Assembly (NCBI GenBank): GCA_951406725.2
Contig: OX597823.1
Span: forward strand, 35,216,001-35,280,000
DNA length: 64,000 nt
Direction of reading: 5' to 3'
Origin: Octopus vulgaris
Taxonomy: Eukaryota
In this document: piece by piece, positions 27,724 to 42,707 of the stretch
Position numbering within the stretch: the first letter of the stretch is position 1
How the letters are laid out: every line of letters starts with the position of its first letter
Translations under genes and position numbers: made by a program
The notes under the pieces: generated by a model
Databases searched by the model: none
What the model was told of the DNA's origin: nothing
What the model saw: the letters and a program-made list of their open reading frames with translations, nothing else

Positions 27724-28075
27724 GAATGTATTAGGGTGTATTTTTTAGTATGCGTGAGTGTGGACTGTAAGCATGTATACGTATAAGTAGGTTTACAGGT
27801 ATATCTGCGTGTATGCGTATGCGTGCGTGTTAGCGTGCTTTTGAGTGTATGCGTGCATTTCTATATATTTATTTACATATGTATATCAGTACACATGCAA
27901 GTATACTTATATGCATACATCCATATCATATACGTACACAGGAAATTGAATTTACGTTTGCACTTAAAATTGTTCTAAATATTCTGTTGTTCTTCCAGTC
28001 TATTAACATGTCACTCAAATTACCAACATAATGGAAGCCGGATTTTAGTAGTGGTATTCATGTTTCTGAATTTCT

Positions 28076-28287
28076 TCAGTTTCTGGCTGTTTGTTCCAAT
28101 TTCTTCTTCATTGACATCAATCTGATATCATTCCTAGATGACAGCACAGTCACTGAGGTCGTTTCTTCGTCATTAACAAAGCGACTAGTCTTTGCTCTGT
28201 GTTGGAATACACTAAAGATCATGTAAATCCAGGGATTAGTACAGCTGTTGAGGGACGAGAGTAGCAATAATATCGTATAGATTGCAC
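28076..28287 (-). CDS. CTR1: Cephalotocin receptor 1, last coding exon (TM7 and C-terminal tail)
   Basis: Acceptor ttttttag|GT; reads (G)AIYTILLLLSSLNSCTNPWIYMIF..LEQTARN*; joins the phase-1 donor at 58146 to give 397 aa. Confidence 0.95.
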
Positions 28288-28409
28288 CTAAAAAATATTA
28301 AAGAAACAGTTAATTAATGAAATATGCGTTTAGTAAACATTCTTAAATACATTCAACTCAGATATATATATATAGTAACAGAAAAAGAGGAATTTCGATT
28401 ATCCCCACG

Positions 28410-31102
28410 TGGTGAGTTGTAATATATATAAGAAATTAAAAAAGGAAAATGCACACATTTTACATAGTTTTAATATAAGTTTTAATATAGCGAACGGTTT
28501 CGCTTTCCCCATTCATGATATTATGGTTTTCTTATTTGAATATGTATTTTCTTAAGAAGAAATTTTTGTCCATGTTGTGTGTGATGATATTTACGAGTGA
28601 ATGACTTCACAAGTAGAAAAGTTAGTAAAGGAAGATTTTGCACAATAGTGTTGAATGCCTCACTGTTTCTGGGGTTGTGTGTTGATATAAATAGTTGTGT
28701 TTTGAGATGAGGTGTGGTGTTATATTTTGTTGTTCTTAGTGTTTTTATGTTTAATTTTTTGGCACGTTTAATCCCCTCGTCTATAAGTGAGGGTGGATAT
28801 TGTCTTTCAGTAAGCGTTGTTTTGAGGTCTTGAAAACGAAGGTCCCGATAGTCTATCAGACACTATTGTGAAAATCCTTTTTGCCAAATTGAAAGGGATA
28901 TTTATTTTGATGTGTTTCGGGTGGCATGAGCTAAAGAGGAGATATTGTTTTGAATCAGTTGGTTTATAATAGATGTCAGTTATGATTTATTGTTGACTTT
29001 TTTTTTATCATGTCTAAAATTAGGAGCTGTTCTTTGTTATATTCGATTGTGAATTGAATGTTACTATTTATATCATTTAGTGTTGATTTGAAATCCAAAC
29101 GTTTGTCGATGTTATCCTTCCAAATGATAAAACAATCATCCAGGTATCTTTTCCAATTTTTTCTTATGTAAATGTAAAATGGGTAACCATATTTCCGAAG
29201 TGATACTTCATATAAGGTGAATTCAAAATAACCCATTATTAGGTTCTCAAGAACAGGAGCTGCTTTCGTTCCCATCGCAATTCCGCATTTCTGACGATAG
29301 TATGTGTCATCAAATAGAAAATAATTGTTCTGAAGTATATATTTTAAAGATTCAATAATAAAGATCTGATTTATGCGTTCCAGGAGTACTTCGGGGTACT
29401 TTTCCAACAAGAATTTAATTGCTTTTATTCCATAGTGATGTGGGATGTTGGTGTAAAGATTGATAACATCGAGGGTAACCAATATTGCCTCTTCATTAAT
29501 TGTTTTTGGTAGGTGTTCTAGCAAGTTTAAATCGTTTCTAATGAAACTTTTGATGTATTTCAGCAAGGGTTTCTGTAGGATGACTAGAAAATTGCTTAGG
29601 CAGTGGGTTTCACAGTCTGGCCCAGCTACAATGGGTCTTAAAGTTAAGTTTTCTGGCGTTTGGATATTTACGTATTTGCCTGGTGATTGTTTGCAGGCTT
29701 CATTGATTATGTGTATTTTAGGAAGGCCGTAAAAAAGACTGGGTTTACATTTGAAGTTCGTGATGTAGTCTGTTTCTTTTTCTGTCAGTCCTTTTCCATG
29801 TAGAAGAATTAAAGATGCAAGATTTTTCATTGTTTTTTATTGTTTATAGTGTATAACTTTTTCGTCGAAGGCCCCGTTTTCTAATATGGATAATACTAGA
29901 TCTTTCTAGTGTTCTGTGTCAATCAAAACTACAGCACTTGTTCTGTCTGCTTCTTTAATTGTCAGGTCTTTGTCGTTTTGTAGTTCAATTAGATTTTTCC
30001 ATCCTAGATTGTTGAGGTTCGAATTAATCTTTCGTTTACGGGATGTATAAGGGAAATTTTGGACATGGTCGCAGAAGTCATTCAGTGTTTAATTCCTACC
30101 CTTATGTAGAAGGTAATTACTTCTGTTTTTGACTAGTGATTCATCTTCATTTGTGCAAAATCTTCCTTTACTAACTAGAGATCCAAAAATGGACGACATC
30201 CTGAAAACGCACAAACTCCTCAAATACAAAAAGCAATACAAATCGCTAAAGAGTCTACTAACAAATGCGAAGCTTTACAAAACAACCACGAAACCAACGG
30301 TTAAAAAATGTGGACGCCCAAACTGTGGAAACTGCACCAACTTACTTGAAGGCTCGGATTACCTTTTCAAACAAGGATAGAGGTTCACAATTAAAACTAG
30401 TTTCCCTTGTGCCTCCGGGAACCTAATTTATGTAATAACCTGCTCGGGTTGCGGACAAAACTATATTGGACAGACGAGTATGACCTTGTGAAGGAGAACC
30501 ACTCTACATAAAGAGCAAATTAGTTTCGCGCAATACAGGCAAATTCCTCTCAGTGAACATATAGAAAAATGTGCAGATAACATCAAACCAAATTTCACAG
30601 TTTCCCCCTTCTACCTCTGCAAAGACATCATCTCTCCACAAGAAGGTTTAAATAAAGAAACTTGTTTCATTGAAAAATACAGAACACGTCTTAATATGCA
30701 CGCATAACCAACTTTTATCATTTTACATATTTCAATTTATAATTACACCACTGTATATAAATCCCTTACTAAACAAGATTTTCGAAACCTTTTTTGGTGT
30801 GTACACATATATATTCCTCTCCCCTTACCGAAAGCAGAAAAGTTATCTCCCTTGCCCACAACAACAACAACAACAACAACAATAATAACGATAACCAATT
30901 ACCTCCCCTTATTTTTCTATTTGTGAAGTCATTTACTTGTAAATATCATTACTCACAACATGAACAAAAATTTATTCTTAAGAAAATGCATATTCAAATA
31001 AGTAAACCATAATATCATGAATAGCGAAAATGAAACCGGTCGCTATATTAAAAATTGTATTAAAACAATGTAAAGTGTGCGTATTTTCCTTTTTAATTTC
31101 TT
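28410..31102. mobile_element. Degenerate PLE: 5'-truncated minus-strand RT copy joined to an inverted 3' copy
   Basis: Minus ORF 28976-29830 (LFYGLPKIH, GIAMGTKAAP, RYLDD); plus-strand CGRPNCGNC and GIY-YIG from ~30150; inverted ends ~28410-28620 / ~30915-31102. Confidence 0.85.
31010..31050 (+). ncRNA. Minimal hammerhead motif, A3-U8 variant (degenerate; mirror copy at ~28483-28522 on minus)
   Basis: taatatc-ATGAATA-gcgaaaat-GAAA-CCGG-TC-gctatatta; the two copies suggest a consensus stem II of GC-GAAA-GC. Confidence 0.5.
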
Positions 31103-31123
31103 ATATATATATATATATATATA

Positions 31124-32514
<1,391 letters not shown>

Positions 32515-32670
32515 AGTTTGTGTGTGTGTGTGAGTTTGTGTGTGTGTGTGTGCGTGTGTATGTTTAAGTAGGAAGAGAGGGAATGGGAAACTATTCATGT
32601 GTTCCTTCTTTTTACATACACACACGCCCACACAAACACAAACGCACATACACACATACACACATACGTA

Positions 32671-32731
<61 letters not shown>

Positions 32732-33229
32732 AGAGAGAGAGTGAGTGAGATAGAGAGAGAGCAATAAGAAAATGGAGGGGATCAGTAGGTGGTATTCATT
32801 AACTTTTAGACATTATGTCAATTTATTTGTTTATTTACAAAAAGGACAATTATTACAATATACATACATGTATAACATATGATGCTTTACAGATATAATA
32901 TATAAAATATTAAAATATCAGTAATTATTAAAATATATAACATATAGCAATAGAAATTGGGATAATATCTCACAGCTGTTTCATTCTACCTTTATCCCTC
33001 CAGTAGACTGGAGTAATTAGTAGATGAAATTGAGGTACTTGGGTGTTTCTCTAGGCTTAGTCAGAGATTTTAGAAAGTACATAAGGTTAAGTTATAAATA
33101 TAGATATACAAATATACATAATTTTACATATTCATGCATATACATAAATACATATACTTACACTTAAATATATATGCATATTTGCATGTATATTCATACA
33201 AATGAATCAATAATAATAATAATGATAAA

Positions 33230-33274
<45 letters not shown>

Positions 33275-34200
33275 TAGATGCTATATATTATTCTCATTAT
33301 ATAAAATATACACATAGGTATGAGAAAGTTATAAGAGGAGTAATTTTGTAATTTATAAAATCAATATATCTTAAATTATTTTAGTTATGTAAGAATGAAA
33401 TTGTATACACATGACGAACACACACATATATATATAAATACAGACACAGACACAGACACTGACACACACACACACATATATATACACACACATATATATT
33501 TCCGTACAAACATTCTCATAGGTACGTATGTATTAGATGTGTTTAGAGGGGAGGATTAATGCAGTAGTTCGTATCATTATAATTATATAATATAATTAGA
33601 ACAATAATACACAAACTTATATATATATTTTCATCTAAACATATGATATGTTTATTCCTCCGTTATTCTTTCTTTATGGAGTAGTTGAAATCCTGCAAGA
33701 ATATCAAACTTACACACAGGCAATTTAAACAGAAACGGTTTGAGGTTACTAGTAGCAGACACTGTCGAATTAAAAGCATCCAATCCATGTCTAATGCAGA
33801 TTGAAGCTTTGTTTTCTATTTGATAAAATATCACTGGTTAGATGAGGAAACCATTTCCTATATACATTTCAAAATATCTGACTATTGTGAACAAACAGTT
33901 TGATAATACTTTAAATGATGTTTATGTAAATACACACACACACACACACACACAAACACACACACTCTCATACACACACCCACGCACACACGCCCACTCA
34001 CACACGCATATAATATATATGTTTATATGTATAATCAATGCAAGGAAAAAAACATTTCTTTCAAAGGGATGTAAAATATCCAATTTTCACTGGTTTTTCA
34101 GTCAGATACTACAATACAGTAGAACAAATGTCCGAACATAAAATGGTACAATTTCAATATATATATATATATATATACATATATATACATATATATACAT

Positions 34201-35439
<1,239 letters not shown>

Positions 35440-35461
35440 ATAGTCACACTGCTTTTGTGAA

Positions 35462-35797
35462 GGCGCATGGCTCAGTGGTTAGAGCGTCGAGCTTACGATC
35501 GTGAGGTTGTGAGCTCGAATCCCGGATAGGGCTGCGTGTTGTGTTCTTGAGCAAGGCACTTTATTTCACGTTGCTCCAGTTCACTCAGCTGTAGAAATGA
35601 GTTGCGACGTCACTGGTGCCAAGCTGTATCGACCTTTGTCTTTCCCTTGGATAACACTGGTGGCGTGGAGAGGGGAGGCTGGTATGCATGGGCGACTGCT
35701 GGTCTTCCATAAAAACAACCTTGCCCGGACTTGTGTCTAGGAGGGTAACTTTCTAGGTGCAATCCCATGGTCTGTGTCGTGACCGAAGGGGGGTCTC

Positions 35798-35799
<2 letters not shown>
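35462..35799 (+). mobile_element. tRNA-derived CORE-type SINE
   Basis: A box tggctcagtggttagagcg, B box gagctcgaatccc, CORE-like ttcttgagcaaggcactttatttcac. Confidence 0.8.
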
Positions 35800-35859
<60 letters not shown>

Positions 35860-35875
35860 ATATATATATGTATGT

Positions 35876-35916
<41 letters not shown>

Positions 35917-35937
35917 TATGTATGTATATATGTATGT

Positions 35938-35971
<34 letters not shown>

Positions 35972-36010
35972 GTATATATATGTATGTATGCATATATATA
36001 TGTATGTATG

Positions 36011-36047
<37 letters not shown>

Positions 36048-36184
36048 GTATGTATGTATGTATATATATATATATGTATGTATGTATGTATATATATATA
36101 TGTATGTATGTATGTATGTATATATATATATATATAGATGTATGTATGTATGTATATATATGTATATATATGTATGTATGTATG

Positions 36185-36275
<91 letters not shown>

Positions 36276-36343
36276 ATATGTATGTATGTATATATATATA
36301 TATATGTATGTATGTATGTATGTATTTATGTATGTATGTATAC
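35800..36343. repeat. Compound (TA)n/(TATG)n microsatellite
   Basis: Directly visible; representative of dozens of TA, CA, AAT, GAA and TCTA tracts in the window. Confidence 0.95.
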
Positions 36344-36930
36344 ATGCTGCCAACAAAGCGCGAGGAATTCTGTTTTTGATTCGACGGTCATTCGGAATGC
36401 TCACAGCAGCCATATTCCTGCCACTCTATGTCACGCTGGTGAGACCCATATTGGAGTATGGGATTCAAGCCTCTTCTCCTTATCTCCTCAAAGACATACA
36501 GCACCTCGAAAGAGTCCAGAGGCTGGCTACCCGCATGGTTCATGGTCTCAAAAATTTGTCCTACGAAGAAAGGCTGAGGACGCTCGACCTTTGTTCTCTT
36601 GAAAAACGCCGCCGCCGTGGTGATCTCATTCTCGCCCACAACATCATAAGCGGGAAGTGTAACCTCTCGAAAGAGCTGTTCCGAAAAGCTCTACCTGCGA
36701 CGATTTCATCTCAATCGAAGGAGAGGAGCTTTCTCCGTCCGGGTTGCGGATCCGTGGAACAAGCTGCCAGACGAGATGGTGAAGATGCCGACGACCGCTT
36801 TGTTCAAAGCCTCCCTGGACCTCAAGTGGCCTGAACTCTTTACATGAACACCACCCTGTACTTAACTCCATGTCCCCCTACATGGCCTTGCTATTTGCTT
36901 TTGAGCCAAATTAACTAACTAACTAACTAA
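36344..36930 (+). mobile_element. CR1-type LINE 3' fragment with (AACT)n tail
   Basis: [47 protein letters not shown]. Confidence 0.9.
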
Positions 36931-36961
36931 CATATATATATATATATATATATCTTTATAT

Positions 36962-37198
36962 ATTATATAAAAGGGCTTAGTAAAATAAATTACTTTGCCG
37001 CATACTGAACTCATTAGAAATAGCAGCTAAAAAACTTTTTTAAAGCTATTTCTAATACTTAAAGAAAATCTCTCTCATATTATGAGAGAGATTTTCTTTA
37101 AGTATTAGAAATAGCTTTAAAAAAGTTTTTTAGCTGCTATTTCTAATGAGTTCAGTATGCGGCAAAGTAATTTATTTTACTAAGCCCTTTTATATAAT
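36962..37198. repeat. Perfect palindrome, 118-bp arms, centre 37080
   Basis: attatataaaagggc...ctctcata-t-tatgagag...gcccttttatataat. Confidence 0.95.
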
Positions 37199-37299
37199 GT
37201 AATAATTTGAATTCGCCTTAAATGGTCCCTTTGCATACTGAACACTTGGTGAAATTGATTAATAATTAATTAATTTTACCCTCAATTGTTGAAATTATA

Positions 37300-38305
37300 T
37301 CTTTATACATATAAAACTGAGAATGTGTGTCTGTCTGTCTGTCTGTGTGTTTCCCTAAAACTTGAGAATTACGCAACCAATTTCATTCAAATTTTACACA
37401 TGCCTTACTTAGGTCCATGTAGTTTCATGGGCAAAAAAATGTTCAACTTTTTGCATAGAGCGAGCCCACAGCAATATCATATCTTCTCCACTATTTCAGT
37501 ATTACGTGTTAAAAGTGAAACAAAAACGTTTCTCTATTTTATGTCAGATACTTTCACTTTAACAATAAAAATAATAATAACAATTGAATTATATGTAGTA
37601 AGAAATAATTAAAATCAAACTAAAGTAACATGACAAAAGTAAAAATAGCAATTGATATAAAATTGCATCAATGACTTGAATTTGAATAAGTGGATGAATG
37701 GGAATAAATTAAAAATAAGATTAGCGCGCAGAAATGGAATAGTCCAGATGGATAATAAAAAATTAAATTAAAGAAAAGACTATTGTCTATAAAGTATACA
37801 ATGTAGAGAAAAAAAGAAGATTTCAACACATGGAGGAAAGCACCTTCGAAAAGTGTCTTGGTGCGACTATGAAAGGTATCTAATCAGAGGCGGTAAATTC
37901 GCCACAATAGAAGTAAGGTTCGAGTCAACGGAGCGTGCAAGGGAGTACTCGACTCGAACTTGCAAAGTGGAAATATTTTATTTTTACCTTTATATCTGGG
38001 ACGTAGGACGTCCCGGATAAAAAATTTAAATGCCCCCCCCCCTCTGAAGTAGAGGTAGGCTGGATTGTAGCCACACTTCTATACAAGAGGGAGGACAAGA
38101 TACAATTGATCGAAATTACAAGAGACGGGCTAACAATTCCAGTCTGTTATATATTTTGAGTATTGTTATCACTAGCGATATCAAGATATATCTTTGTATT
38201 TTGTATTTTATGTGTAGATGTATATATATAGATGTACATGTAATATGTACACATATATACATGCACTAGCACTATGACCCGGCAAAGACGGGTCTTTAAT
38301 GCTAG
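37300..38305 (+). mobile_element. Non-autonomous Helitron
   Basis: 5' A|TCTTTATACATATAAAA with (TCTG)n; 3' hairpin GACCCG-n7-CGGGTC at 38276-38294, then CTAG|T. Confidence 0.75.
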
Positions 38306-38338
<33 letters not shown>

Positions 38339-38425
38339 AAGGGTGAAAAGGAACACACGAGTTGATATATATGAAAAAACAAGTAAAAAATAGAAAATGC
38401 TAAAATAATTTTATAGTGAACATTT

Positions 38426-38463
38426 CAGTACCGGTTTCGGTCATTTGGAGACCTTTTCAACTG
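38426..38463 (-). ncRNA. pLTR minimal hammerhead, U3-A8 variant (further copies at 42828-42865 minus and 44281-44319 plus)
   Basis: cag-TTGAAAA-ggtc-loop-gacc-GAAA-CCGG-TA-ctg. Confidence 0.75.
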
Positions 38464-39180
38464 TAACGATTAAATAATTAAATTTAGAAAAATTAGAAGA
38501 AAAGTTTTTTTAAAAGAATATTTCTATAGTAGTGTTCAGATTTAAGTGGCATTCTGCCTTTCTCTGACTCCCTTGTTTGCACTTGTGTGTTCGAGGTAGT
38601 TGTGAGTTCTTGGTAGGGTAGTAGAGGGAAGGCTGGTGAGGAAAGGGGGTGGGAGAATCTGGGAGTGCCCTGATGGTCGTATTTTGAATGGTCAGTGGCG
38701 GCTGGCAGTCTCAGTTCAATTCAGGATTGTTTATAGAATTAGCGTAGGTGTTATACTAAAAAACATTAGTGACAAACTTAAGGGGTAGGGGGTGGAGAAG
38801 AAGAAGAAGAAGAAGAAGAAGAAGAAGAAGGAGAAGGAGAGGATGATGGTGATGGTGGTGATGATTATGACGACGATGATGATGATAACGATGATGATGA
38901 AGAAGAAGAAGAAGAAGAAGAAGAAGAAGAAGAAGAAGAAGAAGAAGAAGAAGAAGGAGGAGAAGGAGAAGATGGTGGTGATGATGGTGGTGATGATGAT
39001 GACGCCGATGATGATGATAACGATGATGATGAAGAAGAAGAAGAAGAAAAAAACAGAGAAGGGAGAATATGAATGGGTGTAAATATAGCTATGAAGGGGC
39101 TGATTAGTAATGGATTCTATGGAGTGTAGTATTTGTGTGTGTATATATATTTTTTTCTTTTATTCTAAAGTTGAGGTATA

Positions 39181-41535
39181 TTAATTGTTTGTCGTAGACC
39201 CGTTAAGAAGTGGCTTGTATTTTGTAATAAAGAGATTTTCTTTACTTATTCTTTGTCTCGAGGTTGTATCGTCCCTAAATTGGTAGAGGGGGAAAATTCT
39301 GAAGTTTGGTGTTTTTTTGTTGGCGCAAGTATCTATGTGTTGGCTAAAAGCTATTTTTCTGTTTTGGGGAATTTTTATCTGGGATCTGTGCAGGGCCATT
39401 CGTTTACGCAAACCATTTTTTGTTTGGCCTATGTACTGCTCTTGACACCCGGAGCAGGTTAGTGAGTATATTAGGTTCTCCGAAGCACATGTGAAGTTGC
39501 TTTTCACTGTAAACCGTTGTCCCTGTTTGAAGGAGAACTCAGAACCCTCGATTAGATAGTCGCATATCCCGCAATTGGGTCTTCCACATTTTTTTACTGT
39601 CGGCTTCTGTGTTGAAGAGTGAATTCGGGCTTGTGTAAGGAGACTTTTCATGGATCTAGGCTGTCTTTTGCTTTTTATGATCGTGTGTGTTTGGAGGATT
39701 GTGTTCATTCTGTGGTCTTTTTTTAGGAGGGGTATGTTGTGGAGGATGGTGTCGAAGGCTTCGTTATTGAGAGGGTTGTGTGTGGAGATGTATGGTAAGG
39801 CTTTTGGTTGTAAGTTTTTCTTTGATTTGGGATGTCTCAGTTCCTTGATGTTAAGTTGAAGGGCACGTTGAATGCACTTGTCAATAAGTGAAGGTGGATA
39901 GTTCCTGGTGATTAGGGTATCTTTTAGTTCTTGTAGTCGTGTGTCTCTGGTGTTTGCGTTAGAGACTATAGTGCATATCCTTTTTGCTAGATTGAAGGGG
40001 ATATTCATCCTGGTGTGTCTGGGGTGGCATGAATTGAATGGAAGATATTGCTTAGAGTCTGTAGGCTTATAGTATATGTCTGTTTCTATTATATTATTAG
40101 CTTTCTTAATGAGGATATCGAGGAAGGGGAGTTGTTGTTGGCTATATTCCATCGTGAATTGGATGTTTACGTCCAGTCCGTTTAAAATTTTCTGGAATTC
40201 TATGAGTTTTTCTATATTTTTATGCCAAAGGATGAAACAGTCATCTAGATATCTCTTCCAGTTGTTTTCTATGTAGATGGAGAAAGGGCTGCCATATCTT
40301 TCTAGAACCTTACGATACAGACTGATCTCTAGGTATCCTATGACTAGGTTGGCAAAGGAGGGGGCCATTCGTGTACCCATCGCAGTCCCCGATTTTTGTC
40401 GGTAGAAGTTGTCATTGAAGGCGAAGAAGTTATTTTCCAGGATGAATTTAACCCCTTCTATCACAAATTCTTTTTTGATGCGGTGTGGTAGTTCGTTGGC
40501 GTGATTCTCTAGCCAGAATTGGATTGCCTCTAGTCCTAGGTTGTGGGGGATATTGGAGTAGAGGTTGACTACATCGAAGGATACCAGTATGGTGTTTTTG
40601 TTTATAGTATTCGGTAGGTGATTGAGCATATCTAAGTCGTCCCTTATATAGCTTTTGACATGTTTGAGGAGTGGTTTTAACAGGGTGTCTAAAAAGTTAC
40701 TGAGGCGGTGGGTTTCGCATGCGGGACCTGCTATTATGGGTCTCAATTTGAGGTCATTAGGATTAGGGACTTTAATTATTTTGTCTGTAGCTATCTTGCA
40801 TGCGTTGCTTATTTTTTCACTTTTGTGGATCTTAGGTATACCGTAGAATTGGCTAGTTTTACTTGTGAAATTGGTCATATAATCATATTCTTTGTCGGTG
40901 AGCCCTGCTTTGTATGGGTTTAATATGGATTTTAGTTCCCTCATTATTTTTTGTTGACTGTAGTTTTGTGCCTTTTCATAGTATGTTGTGTCTTCCAGCA
41001 TAGAAAGTACCAAAGTTATGTAAAATGTCGTATCCATTAAGACAACAGCACTCCCTTTATCGGCCTCTTTGATTGTTATTGTTTTATCTAGTTTTAATTT
41101 GTTCAACTCAGCCCATTCTTTTTTGCTGAAGTTTGGTTTGTGTTTTTGTTTGTGCATATGTTGATATGGGTAATTTGATATGTGGTCACAGAAATCATCA
41201 AGTGTTTTATTCTTACCTTTCGAGGGGGTGTAGTTACTCCTATTTCTGGCTAACGATTCGTCCTCGTTGTATTTATCGTATAGCTCCTCAGTAAGTCTTA
41301 ATTTTCTGCAGAATTCTGCGATGTCTTCTTTCATTTCATTGTAGTTGGGGTGTTGTGGGGTGGGTGTAAACTTGAGTCCTTTGGAAAGTATGTTTATTTG
41401 GTTTGCTGTTAGTTCCTTGTGAGTTAGATTAATAATTTTTATTACTTTTGGTTCCTCCTGCTTGTTTGGTGCTATCTTGTGTCTCTGTGTTTGCGTATTA
41501 GGTCTAAAAAATGAATGCGGTGGTTGGGACGGTAG
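39181..41535 (-). CDS. PLE ORF2: reverse transcriptase, Zn finger and GIY-YIG endonuclease (frame open from 41535, first ATG at 41334)
   Basis: LSKGLKFTPTP, ADKG, FYGIPKIHK, LRPII, GTAMG, RYLDD, FLD, CGRPNCGIC, NLIY..C..C..YIGQT..R..H; no lesions. Confidence 0.95.
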   Translation of the reverse strand, partial: LPSQPPHSFFRPNTQTQRHKIAPNKQEEPKVIKIINLTHKELTANQINILSKGLKFTPTPQHPNYNEMKEDIAEFCRKLRLTEELYDKYNEDESLARNRSNYTPSKGKNKTLDDFCDHISNYPYQHMHKQKHKPNFSKKEWAELNKLKLDKTITIKEADKGSAVVLMDTTFYITLVLSMLEDTTYYEKAQNYSQQKIMRELKSILNPYKAGLTDKEYDYMTNFTSKTSQFYGIPKIHKSEKISNACKIATDKIIKVPNPNDLKLRPIIAGPACETHRLSNFLDTLLKPLLKHVKSYIRDDLDMLNHLPNTINKNTILVSFDVVNLYSNIPHNLGLEAIQFWLENHANELPHRIKKEFVIEGVKFILENNFFAFNDNFYRQKSGTAMGTRMAPSFANLVIGYLEISLYRKVLERYGSPFSIYIENNWKRYLDDCFILWHKNIEKLIEFQKILNGLDVNIQFTMEYSQQQLPFLDILIKKANNIIETDIYYKPTDSKQYLPFNSCHPRHTRMNIPFNLAKRICTIVSNANTRDTRLQELKDTLITRNYPPSLIDKCIQRALQLNIKELRHPKSKKNLQPKALPYISTHNPLNNEAFDTILHNIPLLKKDHRMNTILQTHTIIKSKRQPRSMKSLLTQARIHSSTQKPTVKKCGRPNCGICDYLIEGSEFSFKQGQRFTVKSNFTCASENLIYSLTCSGCQEQYIGQTKNGLRKRMALHRSQIKIPQNRKIAFSQHIDTCANKKTPNFRIFPLYQFRDDTTSRQRISKENLFITKYKPLLNGSTTNN

Positions 41536-42707
41536 CTAGTATATAGTTGTTCTTTGTTGATTAGGGGTCTCCTGTTGTGATTTGTGGTGTGTGTTCTTGG
41601 AGCAGTATTGAGGAGAGCATCCCGATATCCCATATTCGGGTGTGGTGTTCTAGGAGGCCTTCGTTGGTAATCATTGCAAGTGGTGTGGGTTTGTTGTGCA
41701 TGGTTGTTTAACCGGTTAATGGGATGAATATTTCGTTGGTAACTCCTTTGGGTGGGGATGAGGTTGCAGTGTCTATGCTGTGGGTGTTGATTTATCCTTT
41801 CTCTGCTTGAAGTGGGGGTATTCCTGATATTGTATCGCTGGCTGCTTACAGAGTTGGGGTTAGGTCCTGTATTCTTTTTTTGATAGTAGTGAAGGTTCCG
41901 ATTTTTAGACAGGTGTGTATCGGTGTTTGGGTGTTGTTTTGGTTTTCTTATTTTCTGGAAAGGGTTGTTGGAGGCGTGCTCTGTTTGAAAGACGGCTTCA
42001 TAGTCTGAGAACCAAGTGGCGCTTTTCTCCCAGCGTTGGAGAGATTTTAGTTCTTCTTTTTCACAGTCCTCTTTCCATAGTTTGGAGAACTTCTCTTGAT
42101 CTGGGCCTTGGGTCATTTTGCGAATTTCTTCGTTGATATCTTCATCGGTGGATTTTATTTTATCCTCATTCGTTTGGGCCCTCAATTTCAGAAGTTCTAT
42201 TTCCATTTTCATTTTTTCCAGTGCCATTCTCTCCCTGAGGTGTCTTTGTGTTTCAGGTTCTTCTGTAATAGCTTTGAACTGGAATTTACGTGGGAGGATT
42301 AACGGGGTCCGGTTGAGCCATTTTTCGTATATATCCGCTTTGTTGTTGTTTTGGATCATCTTCCAAAAGGCGAACTTTCTATCTCTGAGTGATTTGTTCC
42401 ATTGTGGTATTATGTGGTGTTTCATTTGGTATGTTGTTAGAGTATTGATCCCATATATTGACGCGTTTGGAGGTCCTTGGTTAGCGTTGTTAGAGAAAAA
42501 TGTTCTAATTGTTTCGCATAAGTTTCCAAGGTTTTCGACAATTTCGGAGGTTGTATTTTTCGTATCTGTTTCTTCATTGTTCTCTCGATTGGGTTGAAGT
42601 GTCGAGTCGAATTTGTTCAAAAAAGTTGACAAATTTGTGTTGATTTTCTTGAGTTCTTTCAGTATTTCTTCGTTTATGGAGGTGATTGTGTCTGTTTTTG
42701 TCGGCAT
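41472..42707 (-). CDS. PLE ORF1, 411 aa, with predicted coiled-coil region and basic low-complexity C-terminus
   Basis: Uninterrupted ORF from ATG (MPTKTD) just inside the 5' pLTR boundary; E/K-rich helical segment. Confidence 0.8.
   Translation of the reverse strand: MPTKTDTITSINEEILKELKKINTNLSTFLNKFDSTLQPNRENNEETDTKNTTSEIVENLGNLCETIRTFFSNNANQGPPNASIYGINTLTTYQMKHHIIPQWNKSLRDRKFAFWKMIQNNNKADIYEKWLNRTPLILPRKFQFKAITEEPETQRHLRERMALEKMKMEIELLKLRAQTNEDKIKSTDEDINEEIRKMTQGPDQEKFSKLWKEDCEKEELKSLQRWEKSATWFSDYEAVFQTEHASNNPFQKIRKPKQHPNTDTHLSKNRNLHYYQKKNTGPNPNSVSSQRYNIRNTPTSSRERINQHPQHRHCNLIPTQRSYQRNIHPINRLNNHAQQTHTTCNDYQRRPPRTPHPNMGYRDALLNTAPRTHTTNHNRRPLINKEQLYTSYRPNHRIHFLDLIRKHRDTR

Noticed and set aside
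35767-36834. 355-aa ORF as a novel fusion protein
   Set aside because: Chance read-through of microsatellite into a CR1 fragment
38792-39082. Poly-K/M ORF (and poly-R/E ORF at 43640-43975)
   Set aside because: (GAA)n/(GAT)n tracts in the Penelope 3' UTR
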